Source of the DNA: Flaccisagitta enflata
Taxonomy: Eukaryota
DNA: 64,000 bases
Assembly: GCA_965153355.1 (NCBI GenBank)
Contig: OZ231126.1
Location: 23,436,001-23,500,000 of the forward strand
Reading direction: 5' to 3'
A program made the position numbers and the translations under genes. Below the pieces are notes generated by a model that was not told the origin of the DNA, ran no database searches, and worked only from the letters and a program-made list of their open reading frames with translations. Numbering within the stretch: the first letter of the stretch is position 1; each line of letters opens with the position of its first letter. Positions 46,973-59,798 of the stretch are shown here, piece after piece.

Positions 46973-48425
46973 CGGACGGTCGGTCGGTCGGTCTGCCTGT
47001 CCATCACACTTTTACTTTTTTAATCATTTTTTATAAACTTAAGTCATTTTAAATCATTTAAGAGTTTACTAAGTCATTTTAGGTCATTCTGTAAGTCTCA
47101 CACGCCTTGTTCTATTATCATTTCATTTTTATCATTACTCGGCATCTTATTATTATCATTACTGGTCCCTCTCCAGGCAACCATTCAATCACGAAAATTT
47201 TGCTTAAGTTAAAATCATTTCCACTGAATCACGACGTCGTGCTTCAGTGGAATGAAGACTGACTAGTGCTCTCTGCAATTTGAGCTTCAATGGAATTGGT
47301 AATAACTGATTTTTTCAGTGAAGAAAAGATAGTCAAAGTATTCTTCATTTTACTTTTATCTAAAGAAATCATCTCCTTTCTTTTTACTTCTTACCCTTTC
47401 TCTTCATCTAAGTAGATTTACTAAATAAAAAAAAATGTTGTTATCAAGAGTAAAATATCTTTTTACATCTTTCAAGTTTTTATCCCAATCAAAACTTCAA
47501 GTGGGAAAACTCAATTATTTTCAAAAAAACATACATCCATATTGTTAGAAATGTATGTCCGTCCGTTTATTAAGTATGTGTGCTTTTGTTTCTTTTGCGT
47601 GCTTTTGGCTTTTCTTCTTTCTCTATCATTCAATGCCGGTGTCTTTTGTTTCTCGCCATTTTTTATATTGAACGCTAGATGGGTAACCATATGGTTGCGC
47701 CTTGTATTTTGTGCCATTTGTTTTATTACGTAGGCATACATACGTAACTCGTCTTTCGTATCATCCAATTTTTGGATTGATTGATTTTATTTATTTGCGG
47801 CATTGCTTCCCAAAGTGATTGATTGTTTTTTCGTGATTGATTGAATGTGCCCTTGGAATTTGCTAATTTCAATAATCTCTCATCTTTTTATTGCAGATGA
47901 ACTTATGAACGGACAATTTACGTTAATTTGACTTCGATAGACTGTGGGTTGAAACCAACGAAAGTGGGCCTAAAAGTAAGTTTTATAGACGCGTCTTTTG
48001 CTTAATAACGTTGTTTTATCTTGTTCTCTCCGTCTGTTGTTATTTTTGCCTGTCTTTGCATTTTTATCGCCGGATTTTAGTATGGTTTTTATCGCTTGCC
48101 CGATCAGCTTATTATGGGGATGATATGGATGAATCTAATGGGATAGGCCGGGGCAGGGGCAGGTATTATCAGGTGGCTGGGCTCTGAAGAAGATGAACAT
48201 GTTTACAAAAGGTTTTCTTGTCCTTATTGTGTCCTGTCTCGATTTTGTGTTATCTTTTGCGTTTGCTGATCAAAATTAACGCCCACTTTCCCTTTCATTT
48301 TTTCCCCCTCTCTTCAGTTGTTGAAATTTTTATGGAATAAACGAGATTTATCGCTTTCCTATTTTCCAATCGGCTAACTTTCTTTTCACCACAAGTCGTC
48401 AGTCAGATAGACGCTCATAGACAGT

Positions 48426-48435
48426 NNNNNNNNNN
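48426..48435. other. Assembly gap (10 N)
   Basis: Run of n characters. Confidence 1.
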
Positions 48436-49464
48436 CCAAGATACGCCACAGCACCTCTATAAGAGGTTCTATCCGTCTGTCCATCCGTCGGTCACGCTCG
48501 AATGAAAACTCGCTGAAAATGTTTGAAATCAATTAAAAATTCATTTCATTCATTTCATTCACTAAAATTCATTTCATTCACCAAATTTCATTTCATTCAT
48601 TCACTCATTCATTCATTTATTCATTCCATTCAATCGTTTCATTCATTCATTCATTCATTCATTCCATTCACTCAATCCATTCATTCATTCATTCATTCAT
48701 TTCATTCACTGAAAATGATTGAAATAAATTGAAAACTCATTTCGTTCATTTCATTCACTGAAATACATTTCATTAACTAAAATTCATATCATTCAATAAA
48801 ATAATCAGCTACGTTGAGGACATTCACTAAAACTCATTTCATTCACTACAGTTCCTTTCATTCACTGAAGTTCATTTCATTCACTAAAGTTTATTTCATT
48901 CACTAAAATTCATTTCATTCATTCATCTTTTCATTCATTCATTCATTCATTTAATCCATTCATAATTTCATTCATTCATTCATTCATTCATTCATTCATT
49001 CAATCCATTCATTCATTCATTCAATCCATTCATTCATTCATTCATTCAATCATTTCATTTCATTGGCTGAAAATGTTTGAAATCAATTGAAAACTCATTT
49101 CGTTAATTTCATTCAATAAAATTCATTTCATTCACAAAGATTCATTTCGTTTACGAAAAATAATCAGCTACGTTGAGGTCGGGTCTAGCTGGGGATTTGT
49201 CGGATAGGTCTGGTGATAGGTCTGATAGAGCTCGGGATAGGTCTGGTAAAGCTCAGGCTAGGTCTGATAGAGCTCGGGATAGGTCTGATAGAGCTCGGGA
49301 TAGGTCTGATAGAGCTCGGGATAGGCCTGATAGAGTTCGGGATAGGTCTGATAATGTTTGGGATAGGTCTGATAGAGCTAGGGATAGGTCTGATGGAGCT
49401 AGGGATAGGTCTAAGAATTAATAACGCCCGGCGCACCGTCTTGGCCGGTGTATCCGGCCTTGTT
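48436..49464 (+). mobile_element. HINE-like element carrying a degenerate (TTCA)n array and a 21-bp minisatellite
   Basis: CTCTATAAGAGG..(GTCC)n start next to the gap, about 10 GGGATAGGTCTGATAGAGCTC units at 49205-49412, and a GGCCGGTGTATCCGGCCTTGTT end. Confidence 0.7.
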
Positions 49465-49565
49465 TCCTTGTCGAGAGACTCGTCGTTAATGAACGTCTTA
49501 TAACCAGCAGGAATAAAACATTACCAATTTAATATTGAAAACTGTGTACTTGTTTGCCTCTACAG

Positions 49566-50778
49566 GACGGTCACGATTCGATAACGGTCTCAACTCGATT
49601 CTTTGGACGATGAAACATTCGTTACTGACGTAACCGTCGATCTCTTCGCTAGACATATCGGTAAGCTTTACAATGATTACTTTGAGAATCTGGGGTGCCT
49701 ATTTTGGAAAGCTTCCGCGTAGCAACAAAATTCCAACCAAAGCTGCCGCACTTTCTTTAACTATGATACCTCTCTGTTTTCTTCAACAATGAGCTTTCTT
49801 AAGCTTTATGTATAATTGTTATACCTATTTTCAATGATTAAGATAGGTTTGCTCAACATATATCCGGATTTCATTTCAAGTTGCAATGAGCAAGAAAGAC
49901 AGTTGCTTCTTTTCTTTCACTTTCTTTGACACTCTTTTCTTAATTATGTCTTCCACAAAATTGTCGCAACTGCGGCACATAGCGGCTGTCCTGCCGCGTA
50001 ACATTGCAACATTGCTACCTTGAATCGGCACCCCGATTGAGAATTCAATGAATGACTGCTGAAAGAGACATAATGGAAATTATCGTCCATCAGTTAAACA
50101 AATGACTTACAAACATATTTTACCGCGTGGTGCACATAAAACGAAGCTATGCATATAATCGTACCAGCATGGCTTTGACTATCTAATCTTGGGCTTATTG
50201 ATGCATCAAAACATCCCCGTCACTACTATTCACAGCTGGGAGGATCCCCGTCCAATTTCGTGACTCCCACGTGATTCTCGAATCGTGGGTTTGCCGCAGA
50301 AGACCCAAAGGTGTTATCACGCCAAAGAACGTCAACCATATGGCGCGTGAAATGTCCAAAAGGAATCTGGTAAGTAGTTCCAGTTCTAGATACTGAATGA
50401 CGATGCTCAAAAGCAATGGAGAATGAGTATAAATGTTGGTGAAAAAGTTGTAAGCCGTGATGACAATGTCAGCCAAGATTGGCTATTAGACAGTAACTGT
50501 TTCACTCTCTTATCCTTTTTATCTTACCCTATAACCACTTTTACAGAAATATGTACGGTCGAAAAAGCTGCTGCACAAGAAAAGCGTTTACTTTCTCGTA
50601 AACCACAATCGTCACTGGTTTGGTGTGTTAGCGACCGCAACTAATGACGTGCTGGTCAGCGGTATCGACATAAAAGTCGTGGATTCCCTTGATGACGACA
50701 GAGAAGCACGCGCTGAACTTTTTGGAACGCTCTTCAAGAAATTCTTCAAGGAGACGATCCGTGGATTACACCATGAAG
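49566..50778 (+). pseudogene. Ulp1/SENP (peptidase C48)-like gene fragment; three spliced exons, probably disrupted
   Basis: Exons 49566-49660, 50236-50369 and 50547-50778 have AG/GT ends and join in phase: RSQLDSLDDETFVTDVTVDLFARHIAGRIPVQFRDSHVILESWVCRRRPKG...KKLLHKKSVYFLVNHNRHWFGVLATATNDVLVSGIDIKVVDSLDDD. The HW (50613) and DSL (50682) motifs match C48 spacing. There is an in-frame TAA at 49582, and no QxNxxDCG exon was found. Confidence 0.65.
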
Positions 50779-50852
50779 GTAATAATCTGAGAAGAGAATC
50801 AGCACCATCCTATTCCAAAAAAGATGAAACCTACACGCACTGAAATGCTAAA

Positions 50853-51055
50853 AATACCATACTTTTCCGCATACAGCATAAAATGGCTCCTAAGTACTTA
50901 CTGCCCAACTTTAAGTTTGTGTCTGACGCTCATACTCATTTCACACGTGGAAGCAGCTACAACTTTCATTTATCTCGTGATCTTTCTCTTACACCAAACG
51001 GCTCTTCATTTTTGGCAATTAGTCAATGGAACACACTACCTAACAGTCTTAACAA
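50853..51055 (+). mobile_element. Non-LTR retrotransposon (CR1/L2-like) ORF2 C-terminal remnant
   Basis: Reads LFRIQHKMAPKYLLPNFKFVSDAHTHFTRGSSYNF...SSFLAISQWNTLPNSL, matching the APxYL..HxxxTR..WNxLP pattern at the end of LINE ORF2. Confidence 0.7.
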
Positions 51056-51431
51056 AAGCTTGATATTTGCCATAATGATAGAAGGATGTGCACTGTGCAA
51101 CCACTTGCGTTATAATGTAGCTGTAGATGAACTGAACGAGTGATCGTGTCTGTCTGATGGATGGAAGGGGATCTCTTTTCCATCTCCGGATGCTTGAAGC
51201 TTTTCTGTTGCCATTTGCCAAGAAAAGTCGGAAATGTTCAAGAGAAGAAGAAAAGCAAAGATTCGCGTCTTATTTATTTATGTAGATAAAGGCAGAGTCC
51301 GATCAGTCTGTCTGTTTGCTCGTGTGTCGGTCTATGGGACGCCCGCCAGGGGGAACCTTTGCAGAATCAATCTTACGCGGAAGCCTTTGCAATCCAGATG
51401 GTTATCGCAAACGAGCAAGCAGGAAGGAAAG

Positions 51432-51621
<190 letters not shown>

Positions 51622-52368
51622 TCGGGTGGGGAAGGGGGAAACAAGAGAACAAGAAAGAATAGAGGGAGAATTGATCGAAAAGAGAAGATTTAGGTCAAAA
51701 TCCTTTTCTTTTGCCTTGGCTTTGTTCCCTTATTTTCTTGGCCGCACCTTTTCTTGCAGATTCTTCTCTTCTGATTTTTCTTTTATCTCTTTTTTTCTTC
51801 TTGTTCTTCTTTTTTTCCTCTCTTTTTCATTCTTTTGCCTTTCCTTTTACATTGTCAATTTCTTTCTCTGTTTGAGCCATCTGGCGGAAAATACAATCCT
51901 TAGAGTCAAAGTAATACGATAAAGAAATGCATAATCATAAGCTTTTTGTCAATTCTCTGGATGCAGCCTGCAGGCATAATTACATATTGGTCGCGTACGA
52001 TTTTGTTGTGTTGACTATTTTTCGCTTTTGATTTCTGGAGTTGGAGCAATCATACAATGATATAAACGTTTATTCACACGGATGTATAGCACGTGGCAAA
52101 TTGACTATTAAAACAACATACAATCATGGTACCTCGTAAAAAAGTAAGGTAGTCCGGTGTGTTGTTTTTGTCTGACGTCTGTCTGCATGTCTCTTGTCTT
52201 TCTAGAGTAGCAGCCATTCAGTGAGGAAGGGGGCAAAGCTACGCCCGATATCTGGCTTTCAATTTTGTGCTGGTATAAAATTTTTTTGAAAAGATCCCGA
52301 GATCTGCAAATAGTAAAAACTTCAATCAAATTAGGCTTGAATAAATCAATACAAAGAGGTCGCCGGTA

Positions 52369-52848
52369 GTGAAGGTGCTACCGGATGTGAGAGAGGCGCG
52401 GCTTGTAGAGGAGATGTTGGATGTGGGAGAGGCACCGGTTGTGAGAGAAATGCCGTATGTAAGAGAGGCACTAGTTTTGAAAAGGATGCGGGATGTGAGA
52501 GAGGCGAGGTTTGAAGCCGAGATGCCGGATGTGATAGATGCGCCGGTTGTGAGGAAAATGCTAGTTGTAAGAGAGGCCCTGATTTTGAAGAAGGTGCAGG
52601 ATGTAAGAGAGACGCGACTTGTAAGGAAAATGACGGAATTGGGAGAGGTAAGGCTTGTAGGGGAGATACCGAATGTGAGAGAGGCGCGGCTTGTACCAGA
52701 TGTGAGAGAGGTGCCAGTTGTGAGGGAAATGCTGGTTGTAAGAGAATTGCTGGTTTTGAGGAAGATGTGGGATGTGAGAGAGGCGGGGCTTGTAAGGGAG
52801 ATGCCGGATGTAAGAGAGGCGCGGCTTGCAGAGGAGGCGCCGCTTTGA
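52369..52848 (+). repeat. Degenerate 36-bp tandem repeat (about 13 units) open in one frame; possible coding exon
   Basis: 12-aa unit PDVREARLVREM-like, with no stop across 480 bp despite divergence between units. No ATG or convincing splice acceptor. Confidence 0.55.
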
Positions 52849-53036
52849 CGATCCCCTAAGAAGCGCCGGCCTTTGATTCAATCCACGTGTGAAAGCCAAA
52901 ATCCATTAGAAGGTTAACCGAAAAAAGATTTTGCCTTGGAAAACCCCGAATCTTTCTCTGTCTGACTGCCCCTGCGTTTCTTTCTGTCTATCTATCGCTC
53001 TCTTTCTCGCGCTCGCTCTCGCTCTCACTCTCGCTA

Positions 53037-53109
<73 letters not shown>

Positions 53110-53590
53110 CTCGCTCTCTCTCTCTCTCTCTGTGACGATGCGGGACGAATGTTAAACTCACCTTCGTTCCTTTTATTCCATTTACGTTTGTGTAAAAGAG
53201 AAGGGGAACAGAATAGGGATGAGAGGGCGCGTGAACTGAGAAAGGTTCAACAGTTAAGGGAAGTTACTAATAAAGAATAGGTATTTGGATGAGGGAGTTC
53301 GAACAGGCGAAAAGAAAAGGTAGGAACTAGGAAGAGGGAGAAAGAAAATGGGAATGTACTAACGATTCGAGGAAAAGAGGAAGGATGGACAGGAGGAGGG
53401 TGTAGGATCAAAGGAAGGGTATCGGTAGTTAAAGCGTGTTGAAATCTCATGGAGGCAGAAACTTTGAAATGAAGCAAGAAGAGGTGGAAACAAGTCACGC
53501 GGAGTCACAATATCGTTGCGGACGGGTGAGCAGATGCATCCAACCCCCATCCACACCCCAACCCCCAGCCCAACACGCAAGCATACACAA

Positions 53591-54123
53591 CTAGTCATCC
53601 AAGGATCGGACATGGTCAGCGGTACCCGATGCCCTGCTGGGAGTGATCCAGTGAAGAAGTGAAATGAGAGCAGGGCAGCGGCCCCAAAGGGCCGATGTCC
53701 TGTAGAACACAGGGGGGAATTTCCATACGTCCTGAGGAGGCACATTTCTGGCAATAGATGACTGATTCAGGCCAAAGAAGGCATATTTGAAGGCTGGAGG
53801 GCAGAATTGAGGCTTTGAGAGTGGATTTGAGGTTTGGAGGGCAAATTTGAGCCACAGAGGGCTGATTTGATGCCTGGAGGCCTAGTTGAAGGTCTGGAGG
53901 GCAGATCTGAGGTCTGTAGGTCAGATTTGAGGCGGGGGGGGGGGGCTGATTTGAAGCCTAGAAGGCTGATTTGAGGCCTGGAGGGCTAAATTTAGGGCTG
54001 GGAGGGCAAATTTGAGGCCTTGATGGCCAACGGGGGGGGGGGGGGACGGAAGGACGGACGGACGGACGTATGGAAATTCCCCCCTGTGTTCTACAGGACA
54101 TCGGCCCTTTGGGGCCGCTGCCC
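53591..54123 (-). mobile_element. Foldback HINE-like element nested in a subfamily-B HINE (53489-54250)
   Basis: Arms GGGCAGCGGCCCCAAAGGGCCGATGTCCTGTAGAACACAGGGG..AATTTCCATACGTCC and its inverse. The host reads CATACACAAAAAG at the empty site (see 20422 copy) and is split within this A run here. Confidence 0.85.
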
Positions 54124-54554
54124 AAAAAGTATTCAAAACGCTCGTTTTCCCACTTTTCGACCCGTGTGCAGTGTTCAAGAACTGACAGGCGGACGGATGG
54201 ACGGACGGATGGACAAAGCCTCTTATAGAGTTGCGTTTCCGCAACTAAAAAGAAAAGAAGGAAGTGGTTTGATGTTTCAAGGAAAGCTTGGAGAAGAAGG
54301 GGAGCATCGCAAGAAACAAGAACAATAGGACAGACTTTTATTTTACATTAGAAAGGCAAAGTAAGAACGAGAATAGGACGAGGCAAAAAATTGGGAAAGA
54401 AGCTCTTAGAGTCGTAGGGGCGGAAAAAGTTAAGTGAACGCAGCGCTGTAAAGAGACGGTAATGACAGAGAAAGGAATCAAGGGAATTTCATCAGCGTCA
54501 AATAGTTGGAAAGAATTGAGAGAAGTGAGAATAGGTGTAAGAAAAACTTTCTTT

Positions 54555-54690
54555 AACAATGCCAAGTAGGCCAATAAGGTGCGACGTGTAGATCGTCGAA
54601 CGAATGCGTTACCCGACCAACAGACCAACAGACCGACAGACCAACCGACGGACACGGCCAGTTATAGAGGTGCTTTGTCGCACCTAAAAA
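54555..54690 (-). mobile_element. HINE-like element, subfamily C
   Basis: SubTIRs AGGTGCGAC / GTCGCACCT. Reverse complement of 58157-58291. Confidence 0.78.
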
Positions 54691-55087
54691 CTTACAACGA
54701 TCTTATTATTCTAGGGCATGTTTTAGATCAGACAGTTCTTTTTGAAGACAACTGAATTATGGGGATAGAAAATCAATGACAATGATATGAGGTGGACATA
54801 ACAATGTGGGCGACACAAAGGTGGAGAAGAAATAGTGGACGGGAAACAATGAGAAGCACATACTGGAGGATGCTGGAAGAATATAAGAAAAAGAAGAGAA
54901 GCATATAAAAAAATGAATCGAGTAAGAGATGAATTTCCGAAGGGAAAAACGATAGAGGGGTCAAATGAAGGTCGATGTATACGAAAAGAATGGCATGGAG
55001 GAGAAGCAGAGAGAACAAGGGAGGTAAAAAAAAGAGAAGAAGAAGAAGAAGAAGAAGAAGAAGAAGAAGAAGAAGAAGAAGAAGAAG

Positions 55088-55119
<32 letters not shown>

Positions 55120-55391
55120 GAAGAAGGAGAAGAGGAAGAAGAAGAAAAATGAAGAAGGCAGAGAAAGAGTATAAGAATAACGAAAAAAGAAAAAAGAAAA
55201 AGAAAAAGAAAGAGAAAGAGGAGAAGAAGGGAGGTAAAAAAACAGAGAAAGGGGTAAAAGGAAGAAGCAGAACAAGGATTAGGAGCTGAAGGAGGAGGAG
55301 AGATGGAATATGAATGGCGACGAGCGGACGGAAGGAAAAGCCAGGTAAAACACCCTTATGAAAAATTGAATGCGAGTTTGTGACTGCGTGC

Positions 55392-55510
<119 letters not shown>

Positions 55511-56301
55511 GAAACAGGGAGAAAGAGAGACAAAGTCAGATAGACCCGTGGAGATTACAATAAAGTCTGGAAATATCATCATGGTAGAGTGGAAAAAGAC
55601 ATGAAAAAGACAGTTCTCTTCTATAAAAGGTTCTTTCAAATGTTGATATGAGAAATGATTGACGATCGTATGACATGAAAACAGTATAAAAAGGCGATGA
55701 TGAATAAGAAAAAAAATAGAAATCAAATTGTTAAAACCATAAAGAAAAGGAGGTAAAGCAATTAAGAGGCTGAGGTTAAGAATGAAAAAAAAAAAACAGA
55801 CGGGAAGTGAAGAGGAAAAAAATAAAAAGAAAAGAAAAAAAAAGATAAAATGAAAAAAGAAAAGACAAAGACAAAGACAAAGACAGAGACAAAGAAAGAA
55901 AAGAAAAAAAAAAAGAAAAGTTGGTTACTTGGCGGCTCGCTTTTCCTTTCTTTTTGTTCCTTCAACCCCTTTTACAATTTGTCGGTTACTCAGTCCAACC
56001 GTTCATGGGTAACAGTTTCCGTCTATAACTATAAGCAATTGTTTTTATCACTGTCCCCTGCCTAACGCACGCGTCCATTAGGGTTTTCCATGTGAATTCT
56101 ATCACTCTCTTCTTGACCATCAAGCACGATAATTGTGACGAAGATGAACGCAGCCTGAAAAAGTGGGGAAAGTCGCCCTTGAGACAGATGGAGAAAGAGC
56201 GAAGGTGGAATGAAAACGAGAACAGGAATATAAATCGCGAATAAAAAATGAAGGAAATAAGAATTGCAGAACGATTACGGCTATACCTGAATAGCACATA
56301 G

Positions 56302-56413
<112 letters not shown>

Positions 56414-57195
56414 GCGACAGAGCGACAGAGAGGGAGACAGAGAGGTGGCCAGATAGGGCAAAGGGGGAAAACACGCGTAGGATGAGAAAACATTTCTTTT
56501 TCTCACTTTGGCTTTGGTAGGTCGAGTGAAAAGTAGTCAGATTAGACAGTTGTCTGTGCAGTTTATCGCGTTTGCTACCTTCACAGAAAGTTGCTCGGGA
56601 TGCGCTGCGATGAAGATTGACAGGGTAAGATTCTTAGCGTAGATGATCAGGAGGAAAATTCAATCTCGTTATGGTATCAATTATCAGTCGAAGCCCGCTG
56701 GGACCTTATGAAGCTCATATCTATCCAGCAAGCGTAATATATTTCTGATAGGCCAGTAAGCGCGCTTAAAGCCAGTTTTTCTTTCTTTCATTTGGTCTAT
56801 CCGCCCGCCCATCCAGTTGTTCTCCATTTTGTTCTGCACATCCACTTTCACACTTTCGATGATTGTTCCATACACTGGGCCCCTCTCACCCCCTTCCCCT
56901 CTTTCTTACCCCCAAACACAGCCTCAAAACGTTTGACTCTGTTTGGGGGGAGGCTAAAAGTTTAAAGAGACCATTTTGGTTTTTCCCTCGACTGCGTTTC
57001 TGGATTTTTTTTCCCACGATAACGTTTTTGGAGCCATTCAACGCAGCAAATCAATCCTCGCCTTCCCTCCTCCTGCCTCCCCTCCCCCCGCGTGGGTTCC
57101 CCCACATTGCCTAACCCCCAACAGTCGACGCTCCTGTTCGTGGTTCCCCTCCATTTCTCATTTTGTCGTTAGACCATCACAAAAGCCCACTCGTC

Positions 57196-57487
57196 TTTTT
57201 AGATGCGTCCGTCAGGAACGCATCTCTATAAGAGGGTCTGTCCGTCCGTCCGTCGGTCCGTCGGTCGGTCCGTCGGTCGGTCCGTCCGTCGGTCCGTCCG
57301 TCACGCCTGTGCAAAAAACGCGTTTCTCGGCTGTTTTTGGCCACGGTGAGATCCTACACTGAAACAAATGATCAACCAACATGTTTTGAGAGTCTTTTCA
57401 CCCGTCTGTTCCTCCATCTGTCTCTCCATACATATGTCGCACAATAAATACACAGCCCGGACGCATCGTTGCCCGGTCGGGCTTGTT
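57196..57487 (+). mobile_element. HINE-like element, subfamily E
   Basis: TTTTTAGATGCGTCC start, (GTCC/GGTC)n stretch, GGACGCATC 3' subTIR, GCCCGGTCGGGC stem-loop and TTGTT end. Remnants at about 3110-3237 and 60250-60280. Confidence 0.8.
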
Positions 57488-58156
57488 ATTTTTCGAGGAA
57501 TAAAGGGTGAAGACAGGGGAAGACAGGGGGGGGGGGAAGGGAACGCTAGGAATGAGACATCACCACCTCATCCCTTAAACTACCGGTGATTTTTCCATCA
57601 AGTTAACTGTATCTCGGTGACTATGCTTTCAAAGTTCTATCATGTATTTTTTTATTCTATTACTGTATTTCTTTTATCTTTCTTTTTTTTTTTGTTCCGG
57701 TTGACAGCGGTCACTTGTCACAATGTCACTTTCTGCGTGTACATCCAATCTATGCCTGTCTTTATATCTGTCTCTGTCTTCGCCTATGTCAGTCTGACTG
57801 TTTCTCTAGATCTCTCTCTCTCTCTCTCTCTCTTCCCACCCCCAACAAGCCCCTTTCTTTGCGTGCGCACATACATATCCGTGTGAAGATTATGTGTGCG
57901 CGGTAGTCTGTCCCACGGGGGCGTCGCGTCTTCTCGCACACACGCGTCATTTTTTTATGCCTCATCTCCTTTTTAGAGCGATTTCATCAAAAATCCATCC
58001 GTGGAGAGTCGCTTCGCTCGTTTTCGTTGTCGCTTCGCTCGTTTTCGTTGTCACCTCGTCGCTCTTTCCAAGTTCCAAATCATCCTTCCTCCTGAGCCCC
58101 GCTCCTGAGCCCCGCTCCCTTTTAAACACTCCCGCTTCAACTCCACCTGCAATCGC

Positions 58157-58291
58157 TTTTTAGGTGCGACAAAGCACCTCTATAACTGGCTATGTCCGTT
58201 GGTCGGTCGGTCGGTCGGTCGGTCGGTCGGTCGGTCGGTTGGGTAACGCATTCGTTCGACGATCCACACGTCGCACCTTATTGGCCTACTT
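58157..58291 (+). mobile_element. HINE-like element, subfamily C
   Basis: TTTTTAGGTGCGACAAAGCACCT hairpin, (GGTC)n stretch and GTCGCACCT subTIR. The 3' end is clipped. Confidence 0.75.
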
Positions 58292-59017
58292 TTTTCACCT
58301 TTACCCCAGGCCACTTTTGCAAATAGTACTGACGAATAGTTTTGTGTGAATGAAAGACGTGATCGTAAAAAAAATGACTTCTACAATCAGTGTAACATTT
58401 TCAGACAGTTTATATCAGCAGTTTGGGCATTCTATTTCGACCCGAAATTCTGCCCACACGATCAGACCATCCCTTGTTCTTTCGTCAATCTCTCTTAATC
58501 ACTAATACACCTCGCACTTTCGAACTTCTTTCTGTATCCCTGGAATAGCCTTGTTTGCCCGCAATATCTAGTTGCAACTCCATACCCTCAACCGATTCCT
58601 CAGTCCCTGAGATAAAATTGTACCGTTCCCTGTAATATCGCAGCTAGGCGTTAGATCGTGAGGCGGTGTCATGGTGCTTCGCAGTGACGCGGTGTTTCCT
58701 GAAAAAAAAACGACGATGCATCTTGTGGCGTGGCCTCAAACAGCGTCACGTGGTATCATGGCGCTTTGCGTGGCGCCACACTGCGTCACGTAGTATCGTG
58801 GCGCTTTGCGTGGCGTCAAACAGTGAGACCCGATGTTGCTCCAAAGGGCTCGCTTAAATGCCGCAAATTTCTTTTTTCTCATGTCATCACTCGACACCAA
58901 TTTAAATAAAAAGTGACTGATGAGCCGGAAATTCGTGTATAATGGGTGTATGAATGAATGAATGAATGAATGAATGAATGAATGAATGAATGAAAGAATG
59001 AATGAATGAATGAATGA

Positions 59018-59093
<76 letters not shown>

Positions 59094-59365
59094 ATAAATG
59101 AATGTAAGAATCAATTCATAGATTGCTACTAAGTTAGACATGTGACCCAATACTGAGTTAACGCAAAAAAGAATAGTTTGCCTCATCCTTTCAACGTTCT
59201 ATTCTATTCTATGGTTGATTCTTTTTCTATTTCGTGATTGTAGCATTAGATGGACTTACACTAGAGTAGAGTTTTACCAACGCCCGCTCTGTTTTCTTTT
59301 CTTATTGGTACTCTCCGCTATTGCCAACGTGTGTGGGGTCGCCCCCTCTTTGAGTCAAAGATTTC

Positions 59366-59725
59366 TTTTTAAGTGCGTCCTCACAATTCTATAAGAGGTC
59401 ATGTCCGTCAGTCGGTCGGTCAGTTGGTTGGTCGGTCACGCAAACGTTTGAACTGCGCAAAACGGTTGATTCTGACATATTTCTTCATTGCTATCACCTA
59501 TCATGCCTTTACACATTCACCTTCATTCATTCATTCATTCATTCATTCATTCATTCATTCATTCATTCATTCATTCATTTATTCCTTCATTCATTCATTC
59601 ATTCATTCATTCATTCATTCATTCATTCGTTCAATCATTCATTCATTCATTCATTCATCAAACACATTCATTCACAAATTCTTTATCAAGCGAGGCGCAC
59701 TTATTGGCCTTAACTTGGCCTTGTT
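59366..59725 (+). mobile_element. HINE-like element, subfamily D, with (ATTC)n
   Basis: TTTTTAAGTGCGTCCTC start, GAGGCGCACTTA subTIR, GGCCTTAACTTGGCC stem-loop and TTGTT end. Confidence 0.8.
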
Positions 59726-59735
59726 TCCTTGGTTC

Positions 59736-59798
<63 letters not shown>

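Noticed and set aside
47897-47975. AG...GTAAGT-bounded candidate upstream exon of the protease-like gene
   Set aside because: It has stops in all three frames and is separated from the other exons by an assembly gap.
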